DNA from: the human T2T-CHM13v2.0 reference genome, Homo sapiens
Assembly: GCF_009914755.1 (NCBI RefSeq)
Contig: NC_060926.1
DNA: 64,000 nt
Strand: one strand, 5' to 3'
In this document: positions 1-12,774 of the stretch, piece after piece
Layout of the letters: every line of letters starts with the position of its first letter
How positions within the stretch are numbered: position 1 is the stretch's first letter
The notes under the pieces: model-generated
Seen by the model: the letters and a program-made list of their open reading frames with translations, nothing else
What the model was told of the DNA's origin: nothing
The model's database searches: none
Position numbers and translations under genes: made by a program

Positions 1-283
1 AGCCAGGTCCAAATCCAAAGCGTCTTCCTCCCTCCTCATTTTCCTGCTGCCTGTCTGTCCTGCCAGCCAGTTACATGCAGCTGCCATCCACCTGGTATTT
101 CCTTCCCTCCTCACTGCACTGCTGCAGCCCTCCTGGAGGAACCCATGCCAGCTTCTCTAACCTGCACGTATCAGGTCACGTGCCTCCCGGGAGGGTGAGA
201 TCCCGGGGCTTGGGCCTGTTATATTCCTGTCTCTAGAAGAAGGGCTGTGAGTGCAGGCCAGGAGGGGAAGCCGTGGCCCTTAC

Positions 284-346
284 CTGTCAGTGCCATTGAG
301 CCCAGGGTTGAATCCTTGCATCTGCTCTAAGGCCACCATAGGTAAG
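284..346 (-). CDS. ADCY3: ADCY3 exon, 63 nt, (D)LPMVALEQMQGFNPGLNGTD(R)
   Basis: cag|C acceptor, AG|gtaagg donor; phase 2-2. Confidence 0.95.
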
Positions 347-639
347 CTGTTGGACAGATAACAGCACAGTCAGGCCCCATCTGGGAACAAGAGCCTGATG
401 CCCAGCCAGGCACCGGGGTATCCCAAGTCCTCCACTCGGGGAGAATGGGAAGAATCTATTCTCAGGTCCTAGCCAAACAGTGATACGTCTGTGAGCAGCC
501 AGGAACTGGTTCTTGAACAAGCCTTTGAGGACCCCTAGTGGCAGAAAGCCACCTCAGCACAGGCCCATGAGCTTGAACTGAGGACTTTGCGGGCGGGAGG
601 AAGGAGACAATACAGATCCCCAGTCACGCTTCATCTTAC

Positions 640-899
640 TCGTGCTCCCGAAAACGCTTGTGGTCGTATTCATCAAAGACGGGACGCCAGGCATAGAGGT
701 TGATGGTGGCCACGGCGCCTGCGACGAGCAGCATGAGCGTGAGCTTCACCATGTGGCTGACCTGCACCAGCATGATGGTGGCGATGAGGGACAGCACGGC
801 CACATAGTTGTAATACTTGGGGTTCTCCAGGCAGCTGCCCTCCGTCTCCATCCCTGCCGTTGCATTGCTGGGTCCCGTGTAGTACTGGAGACAGCTGAG
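640..899 (-). CDS. ADCY3: ADCY3 exon, 260 nt, LSCLQYY...HKRFREH (N-A-T sequon, TM10-11)
   Basis: cag|CTC acceptor, GA|gtaaga donor; overlaps ORF 636..851. Confidence 0.97.
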
Positions 900-1607
900 C
901 TGGAGGCCAGGACGGCGGGCAGGGACACACGTTCAAGAGAACAGCAGGTGCTGGTCACAGAGGGCTGTGCATGGTAGTGCACGCTCAGCTGCCACCTCCC
1001 GCGGCTCCCCCAGAAATACCGGGAAAGATGGGGAAATTTACCAGGGACTAATCATATGAAAGTTAGTAACTGCAGCTAAGAGCCTCGCCATTGCCTCATT
1101 TGACATTCACAAAAACTCTCTCGAGTATTTTTAGTACTGTCCCTATTGTACAGAAAACTCGGGCCAGATTTGCCCAAACACAATTAGCAAGCAGAAAAGC
1201 CAAAAGTAGGAGCCAAGTCTTTAGGCTTCAAATCCAACATGTTCTTCCCCATATCACACTGTTGCTTCAGGAGGGGCCACGGGACCATGAGCCCCACTCA
1301 CAGCCTCCCCGTGATGACAGCTAGTCTCTGCCCAAATCCTTCCATTGGGGGGATGTTCACTGCCTTCTGGATTCTTTACTGGTTCTGCTACTGGGCAGAT
1401 GCGGCCGGGAGAAAGCGCATCCAGAACCGGAATCAACCCCCCCTTTTTGTAACTTTCACCCACAGGGCAACCTTGTCTTGCTTGCGCGATTCCCGCCATG
1501 TCATTCTAGCATGAGCAGTTGTTACACCTCCCTAGCTTTTTACCCCTCCATGAGTGACAGCATCTCCAGGTGTCCTGTACAGTGTCCAGGACCCCATGCA
1601 GTGGTGA

Positions 1608-2120
<513 letters not shown>

Positions 2121-2155
2121 TAAGTCTCCATGTTGGTTGTATTTGTGTGCTCCAA

Positions 2156-2460
2156 TTTTTTTTTTTTTTTTTTTTTTTTGAGACAAAGTCTCACTCTGTT
2201 GCCAGGCTGGAGTGCAGTGCACAATCTCGGCTCACTGCAAGCTCCACCTCCCGGGTTCACGCCATTCTCCTGCCTCAGCCTCCTGAGTAGCTGGGACTAC
2301 AGGCGCCTGCCACCACGCCCGGCTAATTTTTTTGTATTTTTAGTAGAGACGGGGTTTCAACTGTGTTAGCCAGGATGATTTCGATCTCCTGACCTCGTGA
2401 TCCGCCCGCCTTGGCCTCCCAAAGTGCTGGGATTACAGGCGTGAGCCACTGCGCCCGGCA
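2156..2460 (-). mobile_element. Alu (AluY-like)
   Basis: gcaagctcc/cacgccattc/ttagccaggat diagnostics; TSD gtgtgctccaatt. Confidence 0.95.
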
Positions 2461-2763
2461 CCGTGTGCTCCAATTGTTAAAGTACAACAATAACATTATA
2501 TTTGAAAAAAAAGGAAGATAGTGTATATGGTACTACCACAATTAGAGGAGGCCGTGACAACTGACAAGAGAACACTGATGACAGCTCCAGGCATGTAGTG
2601 CTCAATACGTGCCCAGTGGTTCTAAACCAATAGATCTGGGCTCCCAACTCCTGTCCCTTTTCCCCAAGAAAGCATTTGGCTGCCCCCTCAGGGAGGAAGA
2701 ATACACAGGACTGGGACTTAGAACTGCCTCCATTCTGGACTCTGTCACTTCCTGGCTGTGTGA

Positions 2764-3081
<318 letters not shown>

Positions 3082-3451
3082 AATTACCCTTTTTGAGAGT
3101 TAGTTTCTCCCTATGAAACTGCAGATACTGGTACAACTGCTCAGGACTTTTTCACAGATTAAATGAATCAACATACATAAGGTACCTAGCACAGGCCTGG
3201 GCACATGGAACTGTGCTCTCGGACTCTGGGAGAGGAGCTTCAAGGAAACAAGTCCATCCCAGAGGCTCCCTGGATGACAGGGATAAGACTCCTTCCACTA
3301 GGTGGGGATGATGTGTTTGGGAACCTAAGAGCCACTCCAAAGCTACATGACGGTGGAGGGATGGACTGAGAAACTGCTTGTGTGACCCAAACAGAAGCCC
3401 TTCTCCACTGAGAACAGGGGCGTCCCTTCAACAAGGACAGCAGGAGCTCAC

Positions 3452-3568
3452 CATGTCCACGACATTTGCCATCACCAGGATGAAGATGGCGAGCATGGCC
3501 CAGGTGTTCCTGGCCCAGCGGGTCCGGTCAATCCAAGTTGAGAAGGCCACAAGCTTCTTAGGAAAGGC
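3452..3568 (-). CDS. ADCY3: ADCY3 exon, 117 nt, AFPKKLVAF...ANVVDM (TM9)
   Basis: tag|GCC acceptor, ATG|gtgagc donor; phase 0-0. Confidence 0.97.
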
Positions 3569-4405
3569 CTAGAAGGAACAGAATTTCAAGGGCCATGAGC
3601 CTTTGCCAGTCCTTTCTCCTGCGACGTGACTGACAGCAACTCAGGCTGGTCCCGTATTCCAGTCCCAGGAGCCTCAAAACGGACTCTGCCTGGGAGTCAC
3701 CTGACAGCTGACCAAGGGGCAGAGCTGAGAAGAGGGCGTGGGAGTTCTGACGCTGTGTTGGACCTCCTCGATGTGCCTGTTCAACAGCACAGCCTCCAGG
3801 TCGCAGCCCTTTCCACAGCAGACGTGGTGACGAGGTGAGGCCAGGGCAGGAACAGTTTTCAGGGCTGCTCGTCTCTGGCCAGCTACTCCTGCCTATCCTG
3901 GCTCCAAGTGACCTGGCGAGCCACCTGTCAGATTTATGTTCCTAAACACTGCTTTACCTTTGTCATTCTGATTAAAAAAAAAAAAAAACTCTGCTTGGTA
4001 CCTCAGTGCCTTACAGGAGAAAGTTTTAATCCCTTTAGTCTGGCTTCTAAGGGCCTTCACCATCGGGGCCAACCCACCTTCCAGCCGGCCCTCCACTTCC
4101 TCTCTACCCAGGTTCTTGTTTACCCAGACTCTGCCATACTCATACGTGCTGCAGCGCCACGGCCCAACAAGGCCCACCACGGCCCAGCCGTGGCCCACCA
4201 CAGCCTGCCACAGCCTGGTGGCCCAGCCAGAGGGAGTGCTCTGCTGATGGTGAATGAATGGATGGGCAAGTGCCTGGACCGTCCTAACAGAGGAGTGTCT
4301 GCCTGTCAGATTTGACAGAAAGAATAACTCCATCACTGCCCAGTTTTACAGGGAGTGCCACTCACTTCCAGAGGCTTCTGAGCTCAGTAGAAAAGTGCCT
4401 CTTAC

Positions 4406-4493
4406 CCGGGGAAAGATGGCAGCCAGGGAGCAGATGGTCAGGATGAGGAGCAGAATCTCCCCCACCATGAAGGTCACATAGTTTGTCATTAGC
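4406..4493 (-). CDS. ADCY3: ADCY3 exon, 88 nt, LMTNYVTF...AAIFPR (TM8)
   Basis: cag|G acceptor, CGG|gtaaga donor. Confidence 0.97.
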
Positions 4494-4565
4494 CTGTGAC
4501 AGAGAGAAGACAATTGGGAGAGGCCAGAGGGGACAGTGAGATGGGGTGAGGGGCTAGGAGAGGAA

Positions 4566-4847
4566 GGGACGGGGATGGGGGCAGGGGCCAGGGGACAGCG
4601 GACAGGGGGCAGGGGACAGTGGACAGGGGCCAGGGGGCAGGGGACAGCGGACAGGGGCCAGGGGACAGCGGACAGTGGCCAGGGGCCAGGGGACAGCAGA
4701 CAGGGGCAGGGGCCAGGGGGCAGCGGACAGGGACTGGGGGCAGGGGCCGGGGGCAGGGGCCAGCAGACAGGGACCGGGGGCAGGGGCCAGCAGACAAGGA
4801 CCGGGGGAAGGGGGAAGGGGACAGGGGCCGGGGGCAGGGGACGGGGA
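4566..4847. repeat. G-rich minisatellite of ~7-nt subunits (ggggcag/ggggcca/gggacag/cggacag)
   Basis: Directly visible; almost T-free on the + strand. Confidence 0.9.
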
Positions 4848-5319
4848 GGCCTCTCAGCACAGCACGAGCCTGTACAGCTCCACGCGGTGCCAGGGAATTG
4901 CTGCTGCCTGCCGTGCAGAACAGGACAAAGGCCCTGATGAGACGGGCCGCCAGCTGAGTGCCGGCCTGGGAGCGGGCCACTCTCCAGCTGCAGCTGCTGC
5001 CTGGGACATTTCCCAGAGAGGGAACAACTCACAGGTGGCCTGGGCACAGCCCAGGATAAACTTGGGCAGGGATCTTAGGAATGCACCCCTGCCATGTCGC
5101 TGTGCTGAAAGGACAGAGCACGGAGCAGCATCACTCCCTCGCTGCCGGGGGCTAAGAGTCTGCCTGTGACAGCCGCCCCCAGCTTCACAGTGGACACACT
5201 CAACACATCCACCTTAACCTGACAACTCCCGGAAACCTGTTCTCTATACCCTCTGCTCACACCCATTCCCGTTTAACCCCTCCCTGGAAGGTGTCCTTGC
5301 CAAGAGCCCCAGAAGCCTC

Positions 5320-6480
5320 CTGGTAGCTAAATCCATGTCCCATTTTCAGTCACCTCTCACCCCTCCTTGAGACACTTTTCTCGCTTGGTTTCTTGAGTCC
5401 TTTTCTGTCTCTGCATCTGGACACGCTGCCTTGAGCTCAGCAAGTCTCGTGTTGCAGCACAGCCTGCATGCTGGCGATGCCAGGTTCACGTCTCCAACCC
5501 CACCCGCCCTCCAAACTCCAGATCATGGATGCTGGCCTCCTTGGCTTGTGGGCACTGCAAACTTCACGTGTCCCAAAGCAAACTCCTCATCTTTGCCTCT
5601 CCACTCTCATCTTTCCACCTTGTCCCCATCTTGGTTAACGGCACCCCCATCCTGCCAGTTGCTCAGATCAGAAGCCCAGGAGACATCCTCAACTCCACAC
5701 TCACGCCCCACAACCAATCTGCCAGCAAATCCTGTCAGCTCTGTCTCCAAAATACATTCAGCATCTATCGACGGAATCCAACCACTGATACTCCTCTATC
5801 CTCGGCCTGGCCTGGCCACCACAGTGGCTTGTCTGGGCCGCTATTTGGTCTCACTGCTCCCGCTGTGCTCACTAAGCGCTGTTCTCAGCAGGAGTGAGCC
5901 TCTCCAGGCATATGTCACAACAGGGGACTCCTCTGCTCCCTTGTTCTGGCGGCCTCCTGTGTTAAGAGTGGAAGCTGGCACCCTGCAGTGGCGTGTAGGA
6001 GGCCCCACGTCTGTGCTGGACTCCTGCTACTCTTCCTGTGGCCCGTTCCCAATGCGATGCCTCCTCACTGTGCCTCCAGGGGCCAGGCCACTCCAGCCTC
6101 AGCACCTCTATCCGAAGCAGGTGTCCCCCAGATAGGAGAAGGCTCGCCCCTCACCCGCTTCCAGGCGTTACTGAAATATTATCCTGCCAGCAAGTCCTGC
6201 TCTGACCATCCCACATCAAAATGCAAACAAAACAAAACAAAGCTCCCCAGCAGCATACCCGCCTCCCTTCCTTGCCTTCCCTGTGTCTGCAGTACTTACT
6301 CTCGCATGGATGCATATTTTAATTGTTTAATTGCTTTTGCCTGTAGCTTCCCCTACCAGAACCCAAGTTTCACGAGAGCAGGGGTTTCTGTGTGCCGCAT
6401 CGCTGCCATAGCCCCAGCCCTTGATCCCCACGCATGAAGCAGACAACCAATCAATACTTATGGAATGAGTGAATTTGAGC
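5320..6480 (+). mobile_element. Degenerate L2 fragment(s)
   Basis: CT-rich L2-like text (atcctgtcagctctgtctccaaaatacattc) ending in aatacttatggaatgagtgaat. Confidence 0.6.
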
Positions 6481-7228
6481 CTCACCACAGTCCTGAGTGT
6501 CCGCTAGGGCAGGGGTTGTTCTCCTCATTTCACAGATGAGGAAACAGATGCTGCCGGAGCCTGCAGTGGCCTGCACGTGGTCACACACCCGCAACCTTAG
6601 ATAGTGTGACCCAGCCCAAGGCTCCTGACAAACTGTAATCCCAGCAGGGTTCCAGACCCCTCCTCTGTGACGGGGAATCCCCGATTGGCCGAGGGGAGAA
6701 AGGGAGAACAAGAGAGTGGTCGTCACCCTCAGACAGGGCTTCACCAGCTGGGGACTCCAGGAGGCCACACCTTGCCCTGGAGAACCTACTGCTGCGTTAG
6801 AGAGGGCGTCAGTCTGTGCCCACAGCCTAAAATCTATCTTTACCAAGATGAGCCAAGAGAGGGGCCAGGTCAGCCTTGGTGACTGAGACTGACGCAGTGT
6901 CCCCATCTTTGTCCCAAGAATCAGTGTGGGCCCATCTAGCCAAGGTCTCCAGCCTTCTGGAGGCCTCTGTCCCTCAGCTCTCTTGATCCTGGCCAGATCC
7001 CCATTCTGACGCTAGGACTGCTCCAAAACGCGGGGCAGGGAAAAGGAAGGATGCCCAGGGTGCCGTCTAGCACTCCTGGGGCCTGTGGGGGCCGTCCCAG
7101 TGGGGGTCAGGGAGCAGAGACTGGCTTGCTCCCCAATATCAGGCTCCCGCTGAGACACCTGCCCCCGCCCCCCGCCCGGCACCACCGCAGCCGAGGAAAC
7201 TCGTGGCCCTCCCCGGCCCCTCCCTCAC

Positions 7229-7390
7229 CAGGGGTCGATGAGTATCTCGACCAGGGCCGTGCAGAGCAGGACGACGCAGGAGCAGCTGAAGGCAGCCCCA
7301 CTCTGCTTCTCCTTCTCCACCGAGTAGCGGGTTTCCATCTCGGGGTCCATGAACCGCATGGACAAGAGGAAGGTGTTTCTCTTCTTTACT
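7229..7390 (-). CDS. ADCY3: ADCY3 exon, 162 nt, VKKRNTFLL...EILIDP(W) (includes TM7)
   Basis: cag|A acceptor, TG|gtgagg donor. Confidence 0.97.
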
Positions 7391-7537
7391 CTGCAGTGGG
7401 AACAAGCCCCATGAATCCCAAATGCCACATCTGCCTTGGCCTAGCAGGGGGGCCGTATTTGGGATGCTCAGTTTCCTGAATCCCTTGTCAGGGCCCGGGA
7501 GGAGTGGTGGGCCTGGACGCTTCCGGGTGGCGCTTAC

Positions 7538-7680
7538 ACTTGGGCGGACTCTCGCTCAAGCAGGGCCTCGTTGAGCAGCTGGTTGAGCTCGTGCTCATCT
7601 TCAGAGGCATCCACCACTCGGTCAGCCAGGTCCTGCAGGCGCAGCCTCCGGCGTGGGTTGGGGAATGAGGGGTTGTCGGC
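7538..7680 (-). CDS. ADCY3: ADCY3 exon, 143 nt, [13 protein letters not shown]...ERESAQ(V)
   Basis: cag|GCC acceptor, GT|gtaagc donor. Confidence 0.97.
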
Positions 7681-8327
7681 CTGTGAGCCAGGGAGGCAGC
7701 GTGAGTGGGGCAGATGGGACAGAGTGGTGGGGAAGAGCTGGGAAAGACAGAGGTGGAGGAGGAAAGGAACAAAAGAGGGCATACTCGGAGGACCAATCCC
7801 TCCAGCTCTAAAATCCCTTTCCGGGAAGTCTTCCCCATGCTCCCACGTGGCTCCATGTGGCCTGGATCTACACCCAAAGCTCCAGTCTTTCCTGGCTCCC
7901 CGGGCCCCCCACCCAGAGCTCTGCAGGGAGGGTCCGCTAATGACAGCATTGTAGGGAGCAGCCCCTGGCTCCTGAGCAGGAGACCTGTAATCGGAGACAG
8001 CTGCTGGGCTGAGGCAGTCCTGGCACTTCCTGCTGTATTGATGTGGGGGCCATATACATTGGCAGCCTGGGGACATGAATGGCTCCCAACTCTAGGGCTT
8101 CAGGGAACTGTTAAAGGAACTCACATCTGGCTCATTTGGAAAGGAAGATCTGAGGGGGAAAGTGATGGGAGAGAGAAGAATGTCCTCATCACTAGAGGGC
8201 TGACAAGGGGCGGGTAGGTGGAGCTGGGGCACCCACTACCCTTTTATTCCCAGTTCCAAAGAAAAAGCATCAACTCCAAAAACAGGAATCCTGGCTGTGA
8301 TGACACAGCCATCAGTCTGAATAGTCA

Positions 8328-8865
<538 letters not shown>

Positions 8866-9659
8866 TCAGGGCCCGAAAAATCAGGCTGCTAAAGCTGCAT
8901 CTGTGTCCTCCTTGCTAGTGAGTGCCCTGAGTCTGGACCCCCACTTTCTATCAAGAAAACTGCAACAAGGAAAAGTTACTGAATGTTGGGGGACTCAAGA
9001 AAAACCTAATTTACCCTGAGCCCCATCTACCCTCTTGTTCTACGGCATCTGCTCTAATGGCACCAGGGCCAGCTCTCCTGTCCCCCTCACGCGGTGAGCC
9101 CGAGCAGGGCAGACATCCCATCTCTGCAGCACTGACCTCCATCAGTGAACGTGCTCCAGACGCCCTGCGGTCAGGGACCAGTTCTGGGTGCTCCCCAAGA
9201 GGCACCCTGCACTCTGGGACAGCATGCTAATTCCTCGCCTTTGGGGGCTAAGGAAATATCCCATCTTGCATGGAACTTGTGGGGCTTGAACCTAGCCAGA
9301 GGGGTGAGTCCAGGTCTGATATCTCACTTCCAAAATGGTCTCAGATCCTATATAATTTTCCATGGATGTCCTCACTGATCTCAAATCTACAGGATTCCGG
9401 GCCATCAGAGCTACAAAGGCCTCCGAGCTAAGCACCTCTTTTGACCTTACTCACCCCGGCATGTAACTGATGAGGAGACAGTGGGGTTTTGCGGGGCTGG
9501 AGGGGTGACCTCTCCATGGTTACAGTGCTAAGCAGGAGCAGGTCCTGGGTGGTGGCCAGGTCTCCCCAGCACAGGACTCCTGCTGCAGGAACGTATTGCT
9601 TCCTGGTGCCTGCCCGCATCTGGCCCTCAGTGACCCCCTGCCCTGAGCCCTGCACATAC

Positions 9660-9788
9660 CTGGGCATCCTGCTCCTCGGGCTTCTCCGACGTGGACCCAC
9701 TGCTGTGGGCACTCCCGTTGGGCTCCTTGGTCTCAATGAGGGCAGGGGAGCTGGACTTTGAGGAAGCTGGTGCTCCATTGGGCAGGGC
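9660..9788 (-). CDS. ADCY3: ADCY3 exon, 129 nt, [10 protein letters not shown]...EEQDAQ (C1b, low complexity)
   Basis: tag|GCC acceptor, CAG|gtatgt donor; phase 0-0. Confidence 0.95.
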
Positions 9789-9799
9789 CTAGAGGAAAG

Positions 9800-10210
9800 G
9801 AGAGCTCAGCCATGATCTGGGCATGGGATGAGAGTGGCGTGGACAGGTCTGGAAGTGACAAGGGCGTGGGAGGCGGTGGGATTAGAGAGCAATCTGAGGC
9901 CACAGAACTTGCTTGTGGATTGCAAAGTGAGGCGTCAAGGATGATTTCAAACTTTTTGGTCTGAGCAGTTGTTAATAAAAGGATGGAACTGCCATTAACT
10001 GAGATGGGAAGACCGAGGGAGAGCAGGTTATGGAGTGGGAAGGAGGGCAGGAGCTTTGGGCAGGTGGCATTTAAGATACCTATTATATGTACAAATGGAG
10101 ACGTACAAGTGGCTGTATGTTGAGTGCAGGGAAGACACTGGGGGTGGAGATACAAATTTGGGAGTTGTCAGAGACAGCCTTTAAAATGACACTGGATGAG
10201 ACTGACATCG
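9800..10210 (-). mobile_element. L2 fragment
   Basis: ggatggaactgccattaactgagatgggaag...tacaaatttgggagttgtcag. Confidence 0.6.
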
Positions 10211-11143
10211 AGGTTAGAATCAGCGGGGAGTATCAGCCTTCACTCCGGCAGCCTCACCAGAGTGGGCTTTGCTTTAGCCATAATTAGGCAAAGCCTCAGC
10301 CATAGAGCAGTCTCAAATGACACGACTTCCCTGACAGTCACCAAGCTCCTTAATTCCAAGTCTTGTTAGATGGACTCTCATAACTGGAGGAAAGGGTTTT
10401 GACATGAGATTACAAAAAATAAGACAACCTCCAGATTCAGCAGGGGATGGTAAAGGGATCCATTTCTGCAACAGCTGCTGGTGGTTTCTAATCAGACTGA
10501 CAGGAGGTGTTTGGGGGTTGGTGGACAGACCTGGGGAAGCTGCTGAGTGCTTCAGGTCTGTAGATATTCGGGGGATCCCACAAAAAGACCAGAGGGCAGG
10601 CCCACAGGATGCACGATTGCAAGCTTGTTCAACCCACAGTATTTTTTGTTTGGCCCGAGACAATTCTTCTTCTTCCAATGTGGCCCAGGGAAGCCGAAAG
10701 ATTAGACACCCCTGCTCTATTACTTCTATCTCATTCCTCCCTCATTTCCCACTCAGGAAACCTTCCTGGCCTTGGTCCTCCTCCCCCATGACCAGTCACC
10801 CCACCCCCACCCTCCTCTCTGAGCCTCTCCCTGAGCATCCACGTCACTCCTGTGGCTTCACTCACTTCCTCCATGCAGGAGACCCTGAGCCCCAACCCAG
10901 CTGCTCTCCTGGGCGCCACCGACACATCTCCAGCGGCCCCCTCCTGGATGTGGTCTTGGGATATGCTTCAGTCACCTCCATTGCAACCTGCCATGAATTA
11001 CACTCACCATCTCCCCCAGAAACCAGCTCTCCCTTGGGAAGGGTGCCAGCCTGCCACTCACCTCTCACAGCCAGCCACTGCTGGGTCCTGCCACCTCTTC
11101 TGCAATCTTTCCTTAATCTCCTCCTTTCCAACCCCCTAATCCA

Positions 11144-11180
11144 GGGGTGGGGTGGGTGGGGTGGGTGGGGTGGGGTGGGG
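11144..11180. repeat. (GGGT/GGGGT)n G-quadruplex-forming tract
   Basis: Eight G3-4 runs with single-T loops. Confidence 0.9.
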
Positions 11181-11187
11181 AACTCAC

Positions 11188-11365
11188 CGAGCCATTGAGG
11201 CCATTCTGGGTGGCTGTTTTCTTCACCTCTGGCTTGGAGGCAATGATGAGGTAGGTTTCAATACCCTTCTCTTCTAGGTAATCACAGCGGCTGCCCCCAT
11301 CGCCTGGCTCCACATCAAACTCCCCTTTCAGGCAGTCCATGGTGCTCTGGGAGATGTGCACGCGC
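11188..11365 (-). CDS. ADCY3: ADCY3 exon, 178 nt, RVHISQST...QNGLNGS
   Basis: cag|G acceptor, TCG|gtgagt donor; GRVHIS motif completed across the junction. Confidence 0.97.
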
Positions 11366-11517
11366 CTGGATTGCAGAGAGAGAGGCCCTGAGCGTCGGCC
11401 AGAGGTGGCCCTCACACCCCCAGGGGACAGTCCACGGACCACGGCTGCACCGGCTGCTGCTCGGCCCCGTGTCTCTCGGGCATGTGGGGCAGAGGCCAAG
11501 TGGAGGCAGTTCTGCCA

Positions 11518-11577
11518 CTAACTAGCTGTGTGGGCCGCTAACTAGCTGTGTGGGCCGCTAACTAGCTGTGTGGGCCG
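11518..11577. repeat. Exact 3 x 20-bp tandem repeat ctaactagctgtgtgggccg
   Basis: Directly visible. Confidence 0.97.
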
Positions 11578-11661
11578 TATGGCACTTACTCCCATCTCAG
11601 CCTCAGTGTTGGAGCCACGACACAGGAGTACAATCTTTCTTCAATCTTTGATCCGCTGTAA

Positions 11662-12048
<387 letters not shown>

Positions 12049-12615
12049 TGAGGAGTCACCACTGAGGCCAAGAATCCTAAATGCCACTGAAGGAAGCTCC
12101 CTGGCCCAGATGGGGAAGGCTGGGCTGATCCTCCCTCAGCCTCGCCCTGCTAAAGGCAGGGCCTCCATTATCCTGTAAGGGAGCTCAAGTAAGACGTGTA
12201 ATCGCACTGCGACCTGCAAAACGCTGCCTGCGAGCCCGCTAGCTGATGACTGCTCATTACTCTCCCTTTGGGGAGACCTGGGCTCTGGCATAAGGAGAGC
12301 TGGGGCAGCCCCCTTAGTGGGTAAAGGGGAGGCAGCCCCCTAAGTCGGTAAAGGGGACAGGAGGACAGGCTACTGCAGGGTCCAGGAAGGAAAAGCCACA
12401 TCCAATATCAGGCCCAAAGAGGCCTCACCCCAAGGCAGGTCAGAACGGCCTTAGCCAGGGCCAGGACCAGGGCGAGACAGGAGGAATGCTGTTCCGGGGT
12501 TGTAGGGGGGCCTTCTCTGAGGCCCCCTGTCCCTCATCAGGGTCACAGCCCTGGGGGATGGAGGGGACGGTCCCCTCCCCAGTCCTCAAACCTGCCCCCT
12601 TGGAATGGCACTCAC

Positions 12616-12774
12616 CCAGGGATGCCGCCGGCCTCCATCTTGTTGGCTACAGTGACATCAGTCGACCACACGTCGTACTGCCAGCGCTTCTGGCCCAGGA
12701 CGCCCCCCAGCACGGTGCCCGTGTGCACCCCCACACGCATGTCCACCCCAGTCTTGGTCTTCTCCCGCACATAC
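12616..12774 (-). CDS. ADCY3: ADCY3 exon, 159 nt, [19 protein letters not shown]...MEAGGIP(G)
   Basis: cag|G acceptor, GG|gtgagt donor; MRVGVHTG and WQYDVWS motifs. Confidence 0.98.

Larger units (their letters stand above)
7050..7700. promoter_or_regulatory. Intragenic CpG-rich patch with GC boxes
   Basis: Dense CpG over two exons; gccccgccccccgccc at ~7161-7177. Confidence 0.45.

Noticed and set aside
337-347. Strong + strand donor ATAG|GTAAGC overlapping the 63-nt exon
   Set aside because: Explained by coding and acceptor constraint on the minus strand; no partner exon seen
4346-5169. Several overlapping 110-230 aa Pro/Gly-rich ORFs
   Set aside because: Artefact of the stop-poor G-rich minisatellite; only 4406-4493 is exonic
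10404-11198. 264-aa + strand ORF
   Set aside because: Low-complexity, repeat-like intronic sequence ending in the G-run; no domain
11518-11577. Short direct repeats as a CRISPR-like array
   Set aside because: No spacers, human context; simple tandem repeat
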